From Nitrospirota bacterium (lineage in GTDB: Bacteria > Nitrospirota > UBA9217), in contig DASPSR010000034.1 in assembly GCA_035623825.1 (NCBI GenBank), positions 1 to 64,000 on the forward strand: a stretch of DNA of 64,000 nucleotides, written 5' to 3'. Below the pieces are notes generated by a model that was given only the letters and a program-made list of their open reading frames with translations, had not been told where the DNA came from and ran no database searches. A program made the translations under genes and the position numbers. This document shows positions 9,957-19,925 of the stretch, piece by piece; within the stretch, counting starts at the first letter, position 1, and each line of letters begins with the position of its first letter.

Positions 9957-10186
9957 ACGGTTGACTGCTCCGATTATTCAGGCAGGCTGGGAGAATTTGA
10001 AGCTGAATGTAATTATATCCGGAACATACGGGTAAATCAAGATAAATGCTGTATATTCAGCAAAAAGTACCAAATTCCCAGCGCCAAGACTCATAATTCT
10101 GTCGTCAAGGAGTTAAAATATATCGTCCGGAAGTCTTATATCGGAACATGTTCGGGATCTGGAGCCTGTTGCTCTTAAATTGCACC

Positions 10187-13100
10187 TTAATATTCCTTCC
10201 ATAGCTCCAGTCCCGTTCTCGAGACGCGGAATCCGACCTGTTTGAGAGCCTCCACATAGGGGGTCCGCATAACAGGTTCTCCGTTTACTGTTTCGATGCT
10301 GATCTTCTGCATAGGGTTGAACTCACGGCTCATCAGGTCCTTGAAAAGGCTTACGTAATCGGACAGACGGGAGTCGTCAGGCGGTACAAGGATTTCAAGA
10401 TTTTTCCCGAGGCGCTTGGAAACCATCGCCAGCCTGCTCCCGCGGTAGACCAGATGCGTGGAGGGTATGCGCGGAGGAAGGCCCTGCAGTGAGACGAGCC
10501 CAAGACCACAAAGCGACGCAGGGCCGGCTGCATTGACCCAGAAAACAGTATCCTCGGGAAAGGGGTCCCTGAGCATCCGAAAGGCCTCGTGAGAGATAAA
10601 TTGGGGGCCGGGAATATCCTGGAAGAAATAACCTGACAGGATCTCGCCCGAGAGCTCCATCAGGCGTATGGACCTGAACAATGCCCGCCACTGCAGAGGC
10701 GGCAGTTCGTTCGCCAAAAGCTCGCGAAACAGGATCCCCCAGCGTCTCAGCAATTGACGGACGCGGTCCTTCATCAGCTCCTCTTCTTCCAGGACATCCC
10801 GTGCTTCGGCATGCGAATCTATCCGGCGCCAGTGGCCCTCCAGGGGCCTCGAGACCTTCCAGCGGTCGAAGCCTGACCGGCGGGAGGTTAACCGAACGTC
10901 CCCGGCGAAGTCCTGTGCCGTGAACCCCGTCATGACCCCCTTTCGGATCGGCCCGAACGTATCGCTGGTGATCCTCCCCTTCCATGCCTGCTGCCAGATC
11001 CTCTCCGTAGCCTCAACACTGCCGATATTCGAAAAATCCGCTATCTCCAGAAAACTGTATCTGCCGCGCCTGTCGGGGATCAAATGCTCGAGTTCTGATG
11101 AGGCCCCAGGGGGTTCATCCTCTCCAGATGGCCGAAAAAGTTCGAGGTCCTGACTGAAGGCCAGACTGATTCGCCGCTCGCCGCAGCCGAACCAGACGAG
11201 ATCGCTGGACATCATGAGACTGTCGAGCCACGCGCTCCGATATGGCTGCATCCGCGCCGGGAGGAGATACTCTTCCCATGCTCCCGCGCGGGCAGGCCAT
11301 CCGAAAAGCTGTTCGAGCCGCTGCTGCAAGTCATCCATTGACGCACCCCTCGGGGTGATGCCCTGGAAGGCAGCTAAAAACAGCGGGAGCTGCTCCAGGG
11401 GGAGCGCCTGGAAGGAAGGCTGTCGATATCTGCGCCCCATGCGCAAAAGCAACTCGAGATTTTCACTGTCGCAGATCTCTAGCGCCCGACTCTCTTCGCC
11501 GAACCGGTCCATGACCAGATCCTGCGCTTCGATCAGCGGTTCGATCGCTTCATCGAGGCGCTCCTCGGTGACGCCGAGGAGGTGTCGAACGCTCTCTTTT
11601 TCTGCCGGGCCATAGAAGGCCAGCCAAGTCGAAAGGAAGGCGGAGAGGTCGTACTCCTCAGGCGGAGCGACGGCCTCGGGTGTATCTTTGAGAAAGGCCC
11701 TGACGCGGCGCTTCAGGGCCGCTTCATTCTCCTCGCGGGAAACCGGCTCAATCAAAACGTCGTCAAGGAGCAGGCGGAAGGCGACGAGCACCTTGGGAAG
11801 CGCCTCAAGACTGCTGAGGAGTGGATGCCTGACTCCAGGCCAGGAGATCCAGACGACCTTTTTCGAGATATCACCGAGCCAGGCTGCTCCGTCTGCTCCG
11901 TAATCACGCCTTATCGCTGCGGCCAGTTCCTTCCATTCGGGCTCAGTAATGAGAAGCCGTTCCTTAAACCAGTCGAGCAAATCCTGGCTCGATCCCGGCG
12001 GATATCCTGCCGCGGTGCGTTTGAGCTTTTCATCGAGAATGCGCATAACCTCTGAAGGAATTTTCGGACGCAGGTGCGAAGAAAAAAGGAGCTCCTTGAT
12101 GAGATCAGGCCGGAGAGCGGACTCCCTCGCAAGCAGCGGAGTATCGTCTTCGTACATATATTGATTCGTCTGTTTCCAGACAAGATGGCCGGCAAAGGGC
12201 GAGGCGGCACGGGTCACAGTCGATGTGACAGTGATAGTGCCGGTACGGAGCTCATCGAGGACCAGCTTGAGGTTCTCTAGGTCGAACTCGTCCTCAAGGC
12301 AGGTACGCCAGGTCTCGATCAAAACGGGAAAGTCCTCGTAGGATCGAACCGCCTCGAGGAGTTGCTTGGCCCTGAGCCTGATGAGCCACAGAGGCGTCCT
12401 TCGCTTGAATCCCGACTTGGGAAGAAGAAGCGCCCGTTCTGCATTCTCGCGGAACCGGGCGCCGAAGAACCCTGTCTGCTCGAGTTTTTTTCGAAGGGCG
12501 GCCTCGACGTTCTCCGGCGTCACAAGACTGAGGATGTCACCGGATGGCGCCTCACGGGGAAGCATGACGAGGATTGAGTCGTCGGTCACGATGGTGTCGA
12601 GCGGCGTTCCCGCCTGTTCCTCCCAAACCCTTGAAAGTGCGAGCGCAAAAGGCCGGTTCACCTTGCCGCCCCAGAATGTGTGAAGGATCACTTGTCGGCG
12701 ATCCCCGCGGGAGGCAGACTCCTCAACGTACTCGACCAGCAGATGGTGGCGGCCGGGAAGGTTCTCTCCCGTGGCCTCCTTCTGGAGCTTAAGGAAGGAG
12801 ATGAGTTCATCGGCCGCAGCATCTTCCAGAAGATGGGTTTTCATGAGCTGCGGTTGCAAATCAGGGGAATCGAGCCGCCTGTCCACCTCTTCGAGGAAGA
12901 TGCCGATCCTTTCGGAAAGATGGAAGTCGCGGTCCTGCTCTTCGGCACGCCAGAAGGGGAAGATTCCGGTGGCCGAGCGCGCTGGCACCACCTCGACATC
13001 GTTATGGGTGATCTTTTCGATGCGCCAGAGCTGGGAGCCAAGGGTGAAGGTTTCGCCAATAGAACGCTCCCACACGAATTCTTCGTCCAGTTCGCCGATC

Positions 13101-14695
13101 TTGGCATGTGTGTCCTTCAGCCGCAGATCGAAGTAGCCCCGCTCCGGTATGGTCCCGCCTGAAGTGTAGATGAGATAGGCCGCCTCGCTGCGGGCCTGGA
13201 TGGTGTTGTCGATGCGATCGAGTGAAACGCGGGCCTTCAACTCTCGCAGACGCGTGTCCGCGTACCGGCCCGCAAGCATCTCGATCACCAGGTCAAAATG
13301 CTTTCGAGGGAGGTCCCGATAGGGATGGCTGGTTTTGATGAACGCATACAGCTCGTCAATGTCCCAACGTTCCATCGCCGTCATCGAGAGAATGACCTGC
13401 GCCAGCACATCGAGAGGCGCCTCCACCTGCCTGGTCTCCTCAATATCCTGCTCCAAAACCGCCCGTGCCATCACCGCTGCGTCGATACAGTCCATGCCGT
13501 GCGTCGGGAAGAGCAGCCCCTTGCTCTTCTCCCCCACGGAATGGCCGGAACGCCCGATGCGCTGCAGGGTCGATGAGACGGATCGGGGCGTCTGGATCAG
13601 GACAACCTCGTCAAGGCTCCCGATGTCGATACCGAGCTCAAGTGAGTTCGTGGCAACAATTGCTTTAAGCTCGCCGCTCTTGAGCTTCTTTTCCACGGCG
13701 AGCCGAATCTCTCGCGACAGCGATCCGTGATGCGCATAGGCAAGCTCGTTCGGCTCTGCTTCATTGATGAGGCGCGTAACCTTCTCGGTGGTCCTGCGGC
13801 TGTTGGCGAAGAGGAGCGTGGATGTGTGTTCGTGGATGATCTTTTTGAACGCTTGGGTCAGCGCGGGCCACACTGAATCCGCTGAGGGCATTTCACCGAC
13901 GCCCCTCTCCCGCTGGGACGGGGTATCAGCCTGGAGAGCGGACGGGAAAGAGACACTGAGCTCGTACGTCTTCGCCTCGCGGGACCTGATGATCGAGACG
14001 GAACGTCTCTCATAATGGCTCGCTGCGCCCTTGCCGGTCCGCTTGAACCCGCCAACGAAGGAGGCCACGCGGTCAGCAGGATTGATCGTGGCAGAAAGGG
14101 CGATCCGCTGGAAATCGCCGGAGAGCGGCACGAGGCGGTCTATGGCCGTTATGAGATGAGTTCCCCGCTTGGTCCCCGTGACGGCATGAATTTCATCGAG
14201 GATGACCGTAGCGATGCCGGTGAGAAGCGCCCTGCCGCTCCGGCTGCTGAGCAGAAGATTGACCGACTCGGGCGTGGTGATGAGGATTTCCGGCGGCCTG
14301 CGGGCCATCTTCCGACGTTCTTCGCACGGCGTATCTCCGCTCCGGGTCAGCACATTGATCTCCGGGAAGGGGATCCCGGCCTGTGAGAAATAATTCCGCA
14401 GCTCTCCCAAGGGTCTAAGAAGGTTCCTCTGGACATCGTTGTTCAGAGCCTTGAGCGGAGAGACATAGAGCACGCGCACCTTTCCCCGAGGCCAGGCGCC
14501 GATGATGAGCTGGTTCATGCCCCACAAAAAAGCCGCAAGGGTCTTGCCACTCCCCGTAGGCGCCGTCACGAGCACGTGCATGCCTTTTGCGATTTCAGGC
14601 CAGGCTTTTATCTGGATGTCGGTGGGCGTCCCGACTTTTTCTGAAAACCAGCGTTGAATGATGGGGTGGAAAAATGAGAGGCTGGACGCTATCAT
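10187..14695 (-). CDS. lhr: full-length Lhr superfamily-2 helicase (with C-terminal extension)
   Basis: APTGSGKT, SPLKALNND, TTPES, DEIH, SAT, HHGSLS, SLELGIDIG, QRIGRSGH, GGTIP; C-terminal LLRRWGILFRE, GYF..PG.QF. Confidence 0.92.
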   Translation of the reverse strand: MIASSLSFFHPIIQRWFSEKVGTPTDIQIKAWPEIAKGMHVLVTAPTGSGKTLAAFLWGMNQLIIGAWPRGKVRVLYVSPLKALNNDVQRNLLRPLGELRNYFSQAGIPFPEINVLTRSGDTPCEERRKMARRPPEILITTPESVNLLLSSRSGRALLTGIATVILDEIHAVTGTKRGTHLITAIDRLVPLSGDFQRIALSATINPADRVASFVGGFKRTGKGAASHYERRSVSIIRSREAKTYELSVSFPSALQADTPSQRERGVGEMPSADSVWPALTQAFKKIIHEHTSTLLFANSRRTTEKVTRLINEAEPNELAYAHHGSLSREIRLAVEKKLKSGELKAIVATNSLELGIDIGSLDEVVLIQTPRSVSSTLQRIGRSGHSVGEKSKGLLFPTHGMDCIDAAVMARAVLEQDIEETRQVEAPLDVLAQVILSMTAMERWDIDELYAFIKTSHPYRDLPRKHFDLVIEMLAGRYADTRLRELKARVSLDRIDNTIQARSEAAYLIYTSGGTIPERGYFDLRLKDTHAKIGELDEEFVWERSIGETFTLGSQLWRIEKITHNDVEVVPARSATGIFPFWRAEEQDRDFHLSERIGIFLEEVDRRLDSPDLQPQLMKTHLLEDAAADELISFLKLQKEATGENLPGRHHLLVEYVEESASRGDRRQVILHTFWGGKVNRPFALALSRVWEEQAGTPLDTIVTDDSILVMLPREAPSGDILSLVTPENVEAALRKKLEQTGFFGARFRENAERALLLPKSGFKRRTPLWLIRLRAKQLLEAVRSYEDFPVLIETWRTCLEDEFDLENLKLVLDELRTGTITVTSTVTRAASPFAGHLVWKQTNQYMYEDDTPLLARESALRPDLIKELLFSSHLRPKIPSEVMRILDEKLKRTAAGYPPGSSQDLLDWFKERLLITEPEWKELAAAIRRDYGADGAAWLGDISKKVVWISWPGVRHPLLSSLEALPKVLVAFRLLLDDVLIEPVSREENEAALKRRVRAFLKDTPEAVAPPEEYDLSAFLSTWLAFYGPAEKESVRHLLGVTEERLDEAIEPLIEAQDLVMDRFGEESRALEICDSENLELLLRMGRRYRQPSFQALPLEQLPLFLAAFQGITPRGASMDDLQQRLEQLFGWPARAGAWEEYLLPARMQPYRSAWLDSLMMSSDLVWFGCGERRISLAFSQDLELFRPSGEDEPPGASSELEHLIPDRRGRYSFLEIADFSNIGSVEATERIWQQAWKGRITSDTFGPIRKGVMTGFTAQDFAGDVRLTSRRSGFDRWKVSRPLEGHWRRIDSHAEARDVLEEEELMKDRVRQLLRRWGILFRELLANELPPLQWRALFRSIRLMELSGEILSGYFFQDIPGPQFISHEAFRMLRDPFPEDTVFWVNAAGPASLCGLGLVSLQGLPPRIPSTHLVYRGSRLAMVSKRLGKNLEILVPPDDSRLSDYVSLFKDLMSREFNPMQKISIETVNGEPVMRTPYVEALKQVGFRVSRTGLELWKEY

Positions 14696-14867
14696 GACTT
14701 ACTTCCTCTATTAGAAACCATAGTCCGCGGGGGAAGAAAAAACAAGGGAGGGGCGACACGCTCTCGAATTACACAGCCGAACAACATCCGTTCGAACAGT
14801 TCGCTTGCTTCTTCACTGCGCTCCGTCTCTCATGACTTCCTCGCACAAAGAACCACGGGCGCCCACA

Positions 14868-16058
14868 TCACCAGCCCTTTCTGGCGGCTCGGCGCATTCG
14901 CTCCAGAGCCTCCTCGAGGCGGACGTCCGGTACCGTGAGCGAGAGACGGAAATATCCCTCACCGTATTGTCCGTACGCGGCACCTGGCGTCACCAGTACG
15001 CCGGCTTCTTCCAGGAGCTTCGAGGCGAACTCCAGCGAGGACCGGCCGGCGGGTACTGGGAGCCATAAGTAGAAGGTACCCGCGCCGGCATTCACCGTGA
15101 CGCCCATCTCTGAGAAAGCCCGCAACACTGTTTCCCGCCGCCGCCGGTAGATGGCGAGCATGTTCTCGATGTCCTGATCGCCCTTATCCATGGCCGTGAC
15201 GCCAGCCAGCTGGATGGCATTGAACACGCCGGAAGCCACATTCTCGCTGAATTTGCACATTGCCTGAATGATCTTGCTGCTGCCGACAGCCATGCCGATT
15301 CGCCACCCGGTCATGTTGTAGGCCTTACTCAATGAGTTGAGTTCCACGCTGATGTCTTTGGCACCGGGGATTTGCAGCAGGCTCAGCTTTCGGTCCCTGG
15401 AAAAAACGATCTCGCCGTAAGGATTGTCAAGCACCAGCAGGATGCGCCTCTCTGTTGCCCAGGCAACCAGCCGGGCGACAAATTGCCTGTCGGCGCATGC
15501 GCCTGTGGGATTGTTCGGATAGTTGAGGAAGAATGCCTTTGTCCTCCGGCACACCTTTTCCGGGATGTCCTCGAACGCAGGCAGAAAGCCATTCGCCGCC
15601 AGAAGGGGTACCTCGTAGACCTCCGCCCCGGCCATGAGCGCGTTTGCCCGGTATGCCGGGTAACCTGGGTTCGTGACCAGTACGACATCGCCGGGATTAA
15701 CGAGCGCCATGATGAAATGATGGATGCCCTCCTTCACGCCGCTGAGGGCCAGCACTTCCGTCTCCGGGTCCAGCGTCACCCCATACCTTCTCCCATACCA
15801 TCGCGCAACCGCCTCCCGGAAGACCAGCATTCCTTTATGCTCATCCGTCGGATATTGATGGTTGGCCGGATCCAGCGCCGCTGCTCTGAGCGTTTCAACG
15901 ATGTATGCAGGCGTTGGCTCAACCGGGTCTCCGATAGCGAGGGAGATAAGATCGATGCCGTTCGCTTCAGCCTGTCTGATCTTGTCGCGAAGCTGCGTGA
16001 ACAGGTACGGGGGAAGACTCTTCACGCGATCGGCGATAATGTTCATGCCTTGTTCCAT
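14868..16058 (-). CDS. class I/II PLP aminotransferase (LL-diaminopimelate aminotransferase-like)
   Basis: LPPYLF, NYPNNPTG, DNPY, SLSKAYNMTGWRIG, GEGYFRLSL. Confidence 0.85.
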   Translation of the reverse strand: MEQGMNIIADRVKSLPPYLFTQLRDKIRQAEANGIDLISLAIGDPVEPTPAYIVETLRAAALDPANHQYPTDEHKGMLVFREAVARWYGRRYGVTLDPETEVLALSGVKEGIHHFIMALVNPGDVVLVTNPGYPAYRANALMAGAEVYEVPLLAANGFLPAFEDIPEKVCRRTKAFFLNYPNNPTGACADRQFVARLVAWATERRILLVLDNPYGEIVFSRDRKLSLLQIPGAKDISVELNSLSKAYNMTGWRIGMAVGSSKIIQAMCKFSENVASGVFNAIQLAGVTAMDKGDQDIENMLAIYRRRRETVLRAFSEMGVTVNAGAGTFYLWLPVPAGRSSLEFASKLLEEAGVLVTPGAAYGQYGEGYFRLSLTVPDVRLEEALERMRRAARKGW

Positions 16059-16098
16059 ATCCTTTCCATTACAGAAGTAATCAATTCTTGTGGCATCC

Positions 16099-17352
16099 TC
16101 ACCCCCGGGCCCATGATCGAATTGCGCGGCCTAGCCGCTGAATACTCTTTTCCGGGATCACCGGATACACGCAGATCTCCAGGATCGAGGCCTCCTTCGG
16201 GCCGCGCTGCTCCCGTACGCTGCCTCCGTTCCCGCGAAACGGCTCCAACAGGGAACAGTCCGACATGTCCGTGGTCTTGCTATCGAAGCCGTGCTTGAGC
16301 AGATAGGCGCGAAGCGCGTCCCGGCGTGCAGGTTCGACGGTCAACGGGTAGTAGACGTAGATGTGGTCGCCTGCCGTCGAGGATGGGACGCGGATCCCGG
16401 TTATCCCTTCCAGGCTCTCGGTCAGAATGCGTGCATTGCGCCTGGCCCCCTCGTTGAACGCGTCGATCCGTTCCAGCTGGAGCAACCCGATAGCCGCCTG
16501 CAGATTGGCCAATCGGTACACACGCGGTTTCGACGCGGCAAACGCGGTCAGCAGCTCATCGCCGACGGCCGAGTCCATGAGCGGCCGTCCCAGGAACAGG
16601 TTCAAGCGGAGTGCCGGGTATACCGTGACGCCGAACACCTCGGGACGGGTCAGCAGCCAGAGCAGCCAGATGGAGAACGCTTTTTTCAGGACATTTCCGC
16701 TTGACGGCATGGGAGCCTTTGCAAGCACGTCCCGTGCGCGTTTTGCGATCTCTTCATCGGACGTTGCGATGGCCCCTCCGCCGAAGCAGGGCATGTTTTT
16801 CCCCTCGGCAAAACTGTAGATGCCGATATCGCCGAAGGTGCCCACTGAGCGGCCTCCCACGCGCACACCCAGGGCATGGGCGCAGTCCTCCATCAGGCGC
16901 ACCTTCCGCTTTCGTGCAAGCTCTGCGATCTCCCGGATTGCGCAGGGCTGACCAAAGAGATGGGTCGCCAGGACCGCGCCGGTCCGTTCGTTGATGCAGG
17001 GTTCGATGTGCTCCGGTCCTGAGTTGAAGGTCACCGGATCCACATCGCAGAATACCGGTTTATAGCCGAGCAGCTTTGCAACCATGGGCATGACCGGAAA
17101 CGTGAAGGCCGGGAAAACGATCTCCTTGCCTTTTTCAAGACCGAGCGACTCGAGCGCCAGTTGGAAGGCAGACCTCCCTGACGCGGCCCCGAATACATGG
17201 GACGCTCCAAGCCAGGTGCTGAACCGCTCATAAAACGCGTCTAATGCCGGCCCTTCCTCCGTCACGCCCTTCATCGCGCAGGTGATGAGCGTGCGAAGTG
17301 CTCCCGGCGGCAGATTTACGCATCGTCTCGGTATGGTCCCGATGAGTGCCAT
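16099..17352 (-). CDS. DegT/DnrJ/EryC1/StrS family sugar aminotransferase
   Basis: SGRSAF, THLFG, EDCAHALG, GDIGIYSFAEGKN..GGG (PLP lysine retained). Confidence 0.85.
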   Translation of the reverse strand: MALIGTIPRRCVNLPPGALRTLITCAMKGVTEEGPALDAFYERFSTWLGASHVFGAASGRSAFQLALESLGLEKGKEIVFPAFTFPVMPMVAKLLGYKPVFCDVDPVTFNSGPEHIEPCINERTGAVLATHLFGQPCAIREIAELARKRKVRLMEDCAHALGVRVGGRSVGTFGDIGIYSFAEGKNMPCFGGGAIATSDEEIAKRARDVLAKAPMPSSGNVLKKAFSIWLLWLLTRPEVFGVTVYPALRLNLFLGRPLMDSAVGDELLTAFAASKPRVYRLANLQAAIGLLQLERIDAFNEGARRNARILTESLEGITGIRVPSSTAGDHIYVYYPLTVEPARRDALRAYLLKHGFDSKTTDMSDCSLLEPFRGNGGSVREQRGPKEASILEICVYPVIPEKSIQRLGRAIRSWARG

Positions 17353-17373
17353 GCTTGATTTCTCCTTTGGACG

Positions 17374-18792
17374 TCAGAATATCTTGCGGATGCCGAACAG
17401 GCTCCAGAAAATGTTTGGATTGTGCAGATAGAACGATGCGTACCTCCGGATATGGCGGAAGGCGAATCGCGGCCGGAATATATACCGCTTATAGAAGCTC
17501 GACCTCATTTTCACCAGATCATCGGTTGACACTGCGGCCAGTGACAGGAGCGGCCGCGCATAATGGTATAGATGCATCGAATCGGCGTCGCTCAGTTTGT
17601 CTTTGTACAGATCCCAAGCTGCCGAACCCGGATAAGGCGTATAGAAATGGACCTGGATGCTGTCGGAATTGAGCTCCATCGCCAATTGGATGGTCTGCTC
17701 GATCTCTTCCCGGGTTTCGGTCGGATTTCCGATGACATAGTAGGCGTTCGTGCCGATCCCCAGTTCCCTCGTCCAGCTGAAGATCTGCCGGCAGAGGTCT
17801 CTCCAGGGGCGGTCAACGCCCTGTTTCCGCATTTCCTTGATGATCCGTTCACTGCCCGATTCAACGCCGATGCCCAGCATGACGCAGCCGGCCTTCTTCA
17901 TCAGCACCAGCAGATCATAGTTCAGCTCATCGACACGGACGCGGGCCATCCAGGGCATCGTCGATTTCCGGCTGATCAGCTCTTCACAGAGGGATTGCAT
18001 GAATTTGCGGTTCGCTGAAAAGCTGTCGTCCTGAAAGGAACATATATTGACGCCTTGACGGGCCAGGTGTTCCATCTCGTTCACAACGCTCGCGGCCGAA
18101 CGGCTGCGCAGCCGTTTCCCGGTGCTCACGCGCATGACCTCGCTGCAGAACATGCAATTGTGGGGACAGCCCCGCGTAGCAATGAGGTAGCCCCAGATGA
18201 CGCGGCGGGGGACCTGAACGGGAAAGATGGATTGATAGGCCGTAAGTTCTTCTTGCGTGTAGGAAGGGAAGGCAAGCTTGTCTGGCTCTTCGACGATGAA
18301 GCGTTTGCCTTCATTGAAAGCGGTGCGATAGAGCTGCCGCCAGTCCGCCGTGTTTGACCCGTCGGTGAGAATCCGGTCAAAGAGGTGAAAAAACTCCTGC
18401 TCGGGCTCTCCCAGCAGGATGGCGTCGTAGCACGCCGCTTGTTCCGGCGCTCCATGGAGGTGATGATAAAAACCCTGGCCGATTCCGACGATCAGGGGGG
18501 GCTTTTTCTGCTTTTTCAGATCGTTCACATACCCATCGGCCACGTCCACGTCGAAGCTCGATGCCGACACGACGACGAGATCGGGCAGGATCGCCACTGT
18601 CTTGGACAGCAGATCTGCAACGCTCATCGGCCGGATCCAGCAGTCCAGGAGATTCACCTTGAGGTCGCGCCGGTGCTCAAGGCCGGATTGAAGACATTTC
18701 AGCGCATAGGGAGGATCGAAAAACTGCGGGTGTTCCACGTCCTTGTCGACGGAGGAACTGACACGAATCAGCAGAACGGTATTGATGTTCAA
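17374..18792 (-). CDS. cobalamin-binding-domain radical SAM protein
   Basis: TRGCPHNCMFC (CxxxCxxC), FQDDSF, MKKAGC...GVESG, IGNPTET, TPYPGS; N-terminal B12-binding-like region (PPYAL, GEPE). Confidence 0.88.
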   Translation of the reverse strand: MNINTVLLIRVSSSVDKDVEHPQFFDPPYALKCLQSGLEHRRDLKVNLLDCWIRPMSVADLLSKTVAILPDLVVVSASSFDVDVADGYVNDLKKQKKPPLIVGIGQGFYHHLHGAPEQAACYDAILLGEPEQEFFHLFDRILTDGSNTADWRQLYRTAFNEGKRFIVEEPDKLAFPSYTQEELTAYQSIFPVQVPRRVIWGYLIATRGCPHNCMFCSEVMRVSTGKRLRSRSAASVVNEMEHLARQGVNICSFQDDSFSANRKFMQSLCEELISRKSTMPWMARVRVDELNYDLLVLMKKAGCVMLGIGVESGSERIIKEMRKQGVDRPWRDLCRQIFSWTRELGIGTNAYYVIGNPTETREEIEQTIQLAMELNSDSIQVHFYTPYPGSAAWDLYKDKLSDADSMHLYHYARPLLSLAAVSTDDLVKMRSSFYKRYIFRPRFAFRHIRRYASFYLHNPNIFWSLFGIRKIF

Positions 18793-19856
18793 GGCGCTAT
18801 CTCCTTTTCCGGGGACGTTGTGAGTCCCGGTTCGTTATCTTCAACGGGCCTGTCCTTCCAGGTTCTGAGGCCGAACATCCTCCGGAACGTCCAGGTGAGG
18901 GCTCCCAGAACGATATGCAGCCAGAAATCGATAAAGCGATTCACGACCGTCAGTGACACGGCCGGGGCGGCGGCAACGCCGACAAGCCGCAGACATCCGA
19001 ACAGCGTCAGTTCAACTGCGCCGGCACCGGAAGGCGTGAGCGGAAAGGCGGTGACAATCACGGGTATCATAGTGAGGAACATGGCCTGTCCCGCATTGAG
19101 ATTCACGCCGAATGCCCTTGCAAGCAGGAAGAGCCACGTGGTTTCCATCCCCCAGATCGCCATGGTCAGGAGCATAAGAGAAATAATCTCTTTCGGATGG
19201 GGAAGCATGCCTGTATGAAAGGCGCCAATCCTCTGGCGTACGGTCTCCGGCATCCATGCCGGCAGCGAGCGCTTCAGAACGAGAAAGGCCACAATGACGG
19301 CGGTTGTGGCCATGGCGATCAGAAACGCAATTACCAATGCCCAGGCCACTGGCCGGGGGAAAGCCGTTGAAAAGAGGTACCACGATGCTACCGCAGCAAG
19401 AATAAGCACCGTCCACGCATCCACCATGCGAAGAAAAACAATAGAGCCCAGCGCTGCGGACCGACGGACCCCGCAGTTGATCCTGGCAAGATGAGAAGCA
19501 TAGACGTCACCCAGCTTGGCCGGGACTATATTGTCCACGAAATTGTAAAAGAACACAAGCAAGCCGAAACGCGAATAGCCACACCGATGCGGCACATGAC
19601 TCAGGGACCGTCTCCAGCGTATCCCTCGGACCGGATACGTTCCGTAATGAGAGATCGCTGCAAGGAGGAGCAACGCCTTGTTGCTTGCAACCACTTCCTG
19701 CCAGACCTGCGCAAGATCCACGTACGACACCAGAACGATGAATACTGCGGCGGTGATCACGATGCTTGCTATGGTGTGCCAACCCCAGAGCGCCGGAGCC
19801 TCTCTCTCAGTGACGGGATCAGAACCGTTTTTTTGTTCATCCGCTGGAATAGTCAT
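18789..19856 (-). CDS. lysylphosphatidylglycerol synthase TM-domain / flippase-like protein (UPF0104)
   Basis: R..RW, N.VPAKLGD, R..D, P.TPSGAG..E; multiple TM helices; 4-nt overlap with the radical SAM gene. Confidence 0.85.
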   Translation of the reverse strand: MTIPADEQKNGSDPVTEREAPALWGWHTIASIVITAAVFIVLVSYVDLAQVWQEVVASNKALLLLAAISHYGTYPVRGIRWRRSLSHVPHRCGYSRFGLLVFFYNFVDNIVPAKLGDVYASHLARINCGVRRSAALGSIVFLRMVDAWTVLILAAVASWYLFSTAFPRPVAWALVIAFLIAMATTAVIVAFLVLKRSLPAWMPETVRQRIGAFHTGMLPHPKEIISLMLLTMAIWGMETTWLFLLARAFGVNLNAGQAMFLTMIPVIVTAFPLTPSGAGAVELTLFGCLRLVGVAAAPAVSLTVVNRFIDFWLHIVLGALTWTFRRMFGLRTWKDRPVEDNEPGLTTSPEKEIAP

Positions 19857-19925
19857 TTTTATCTTCGCGCGTAAACCCCTGATCGGATAACTATGTGCAG
19901 CATGTCTGCGACACAGGCCAAGCCA

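Noticed and set aside
10144-10153. GAACATGTTC palindrome upstream of xseB as an SOS box
   Set aside because: Half-sites are only 2 nt apart and about 190 bp from the start codon
14779-14802. GAAC/GTTC cluster upstream of lhr as a LexA box or attC site
   Set aside because: Spacings are N7 and N1, not the N4 seen at dinB; no matching attC right end
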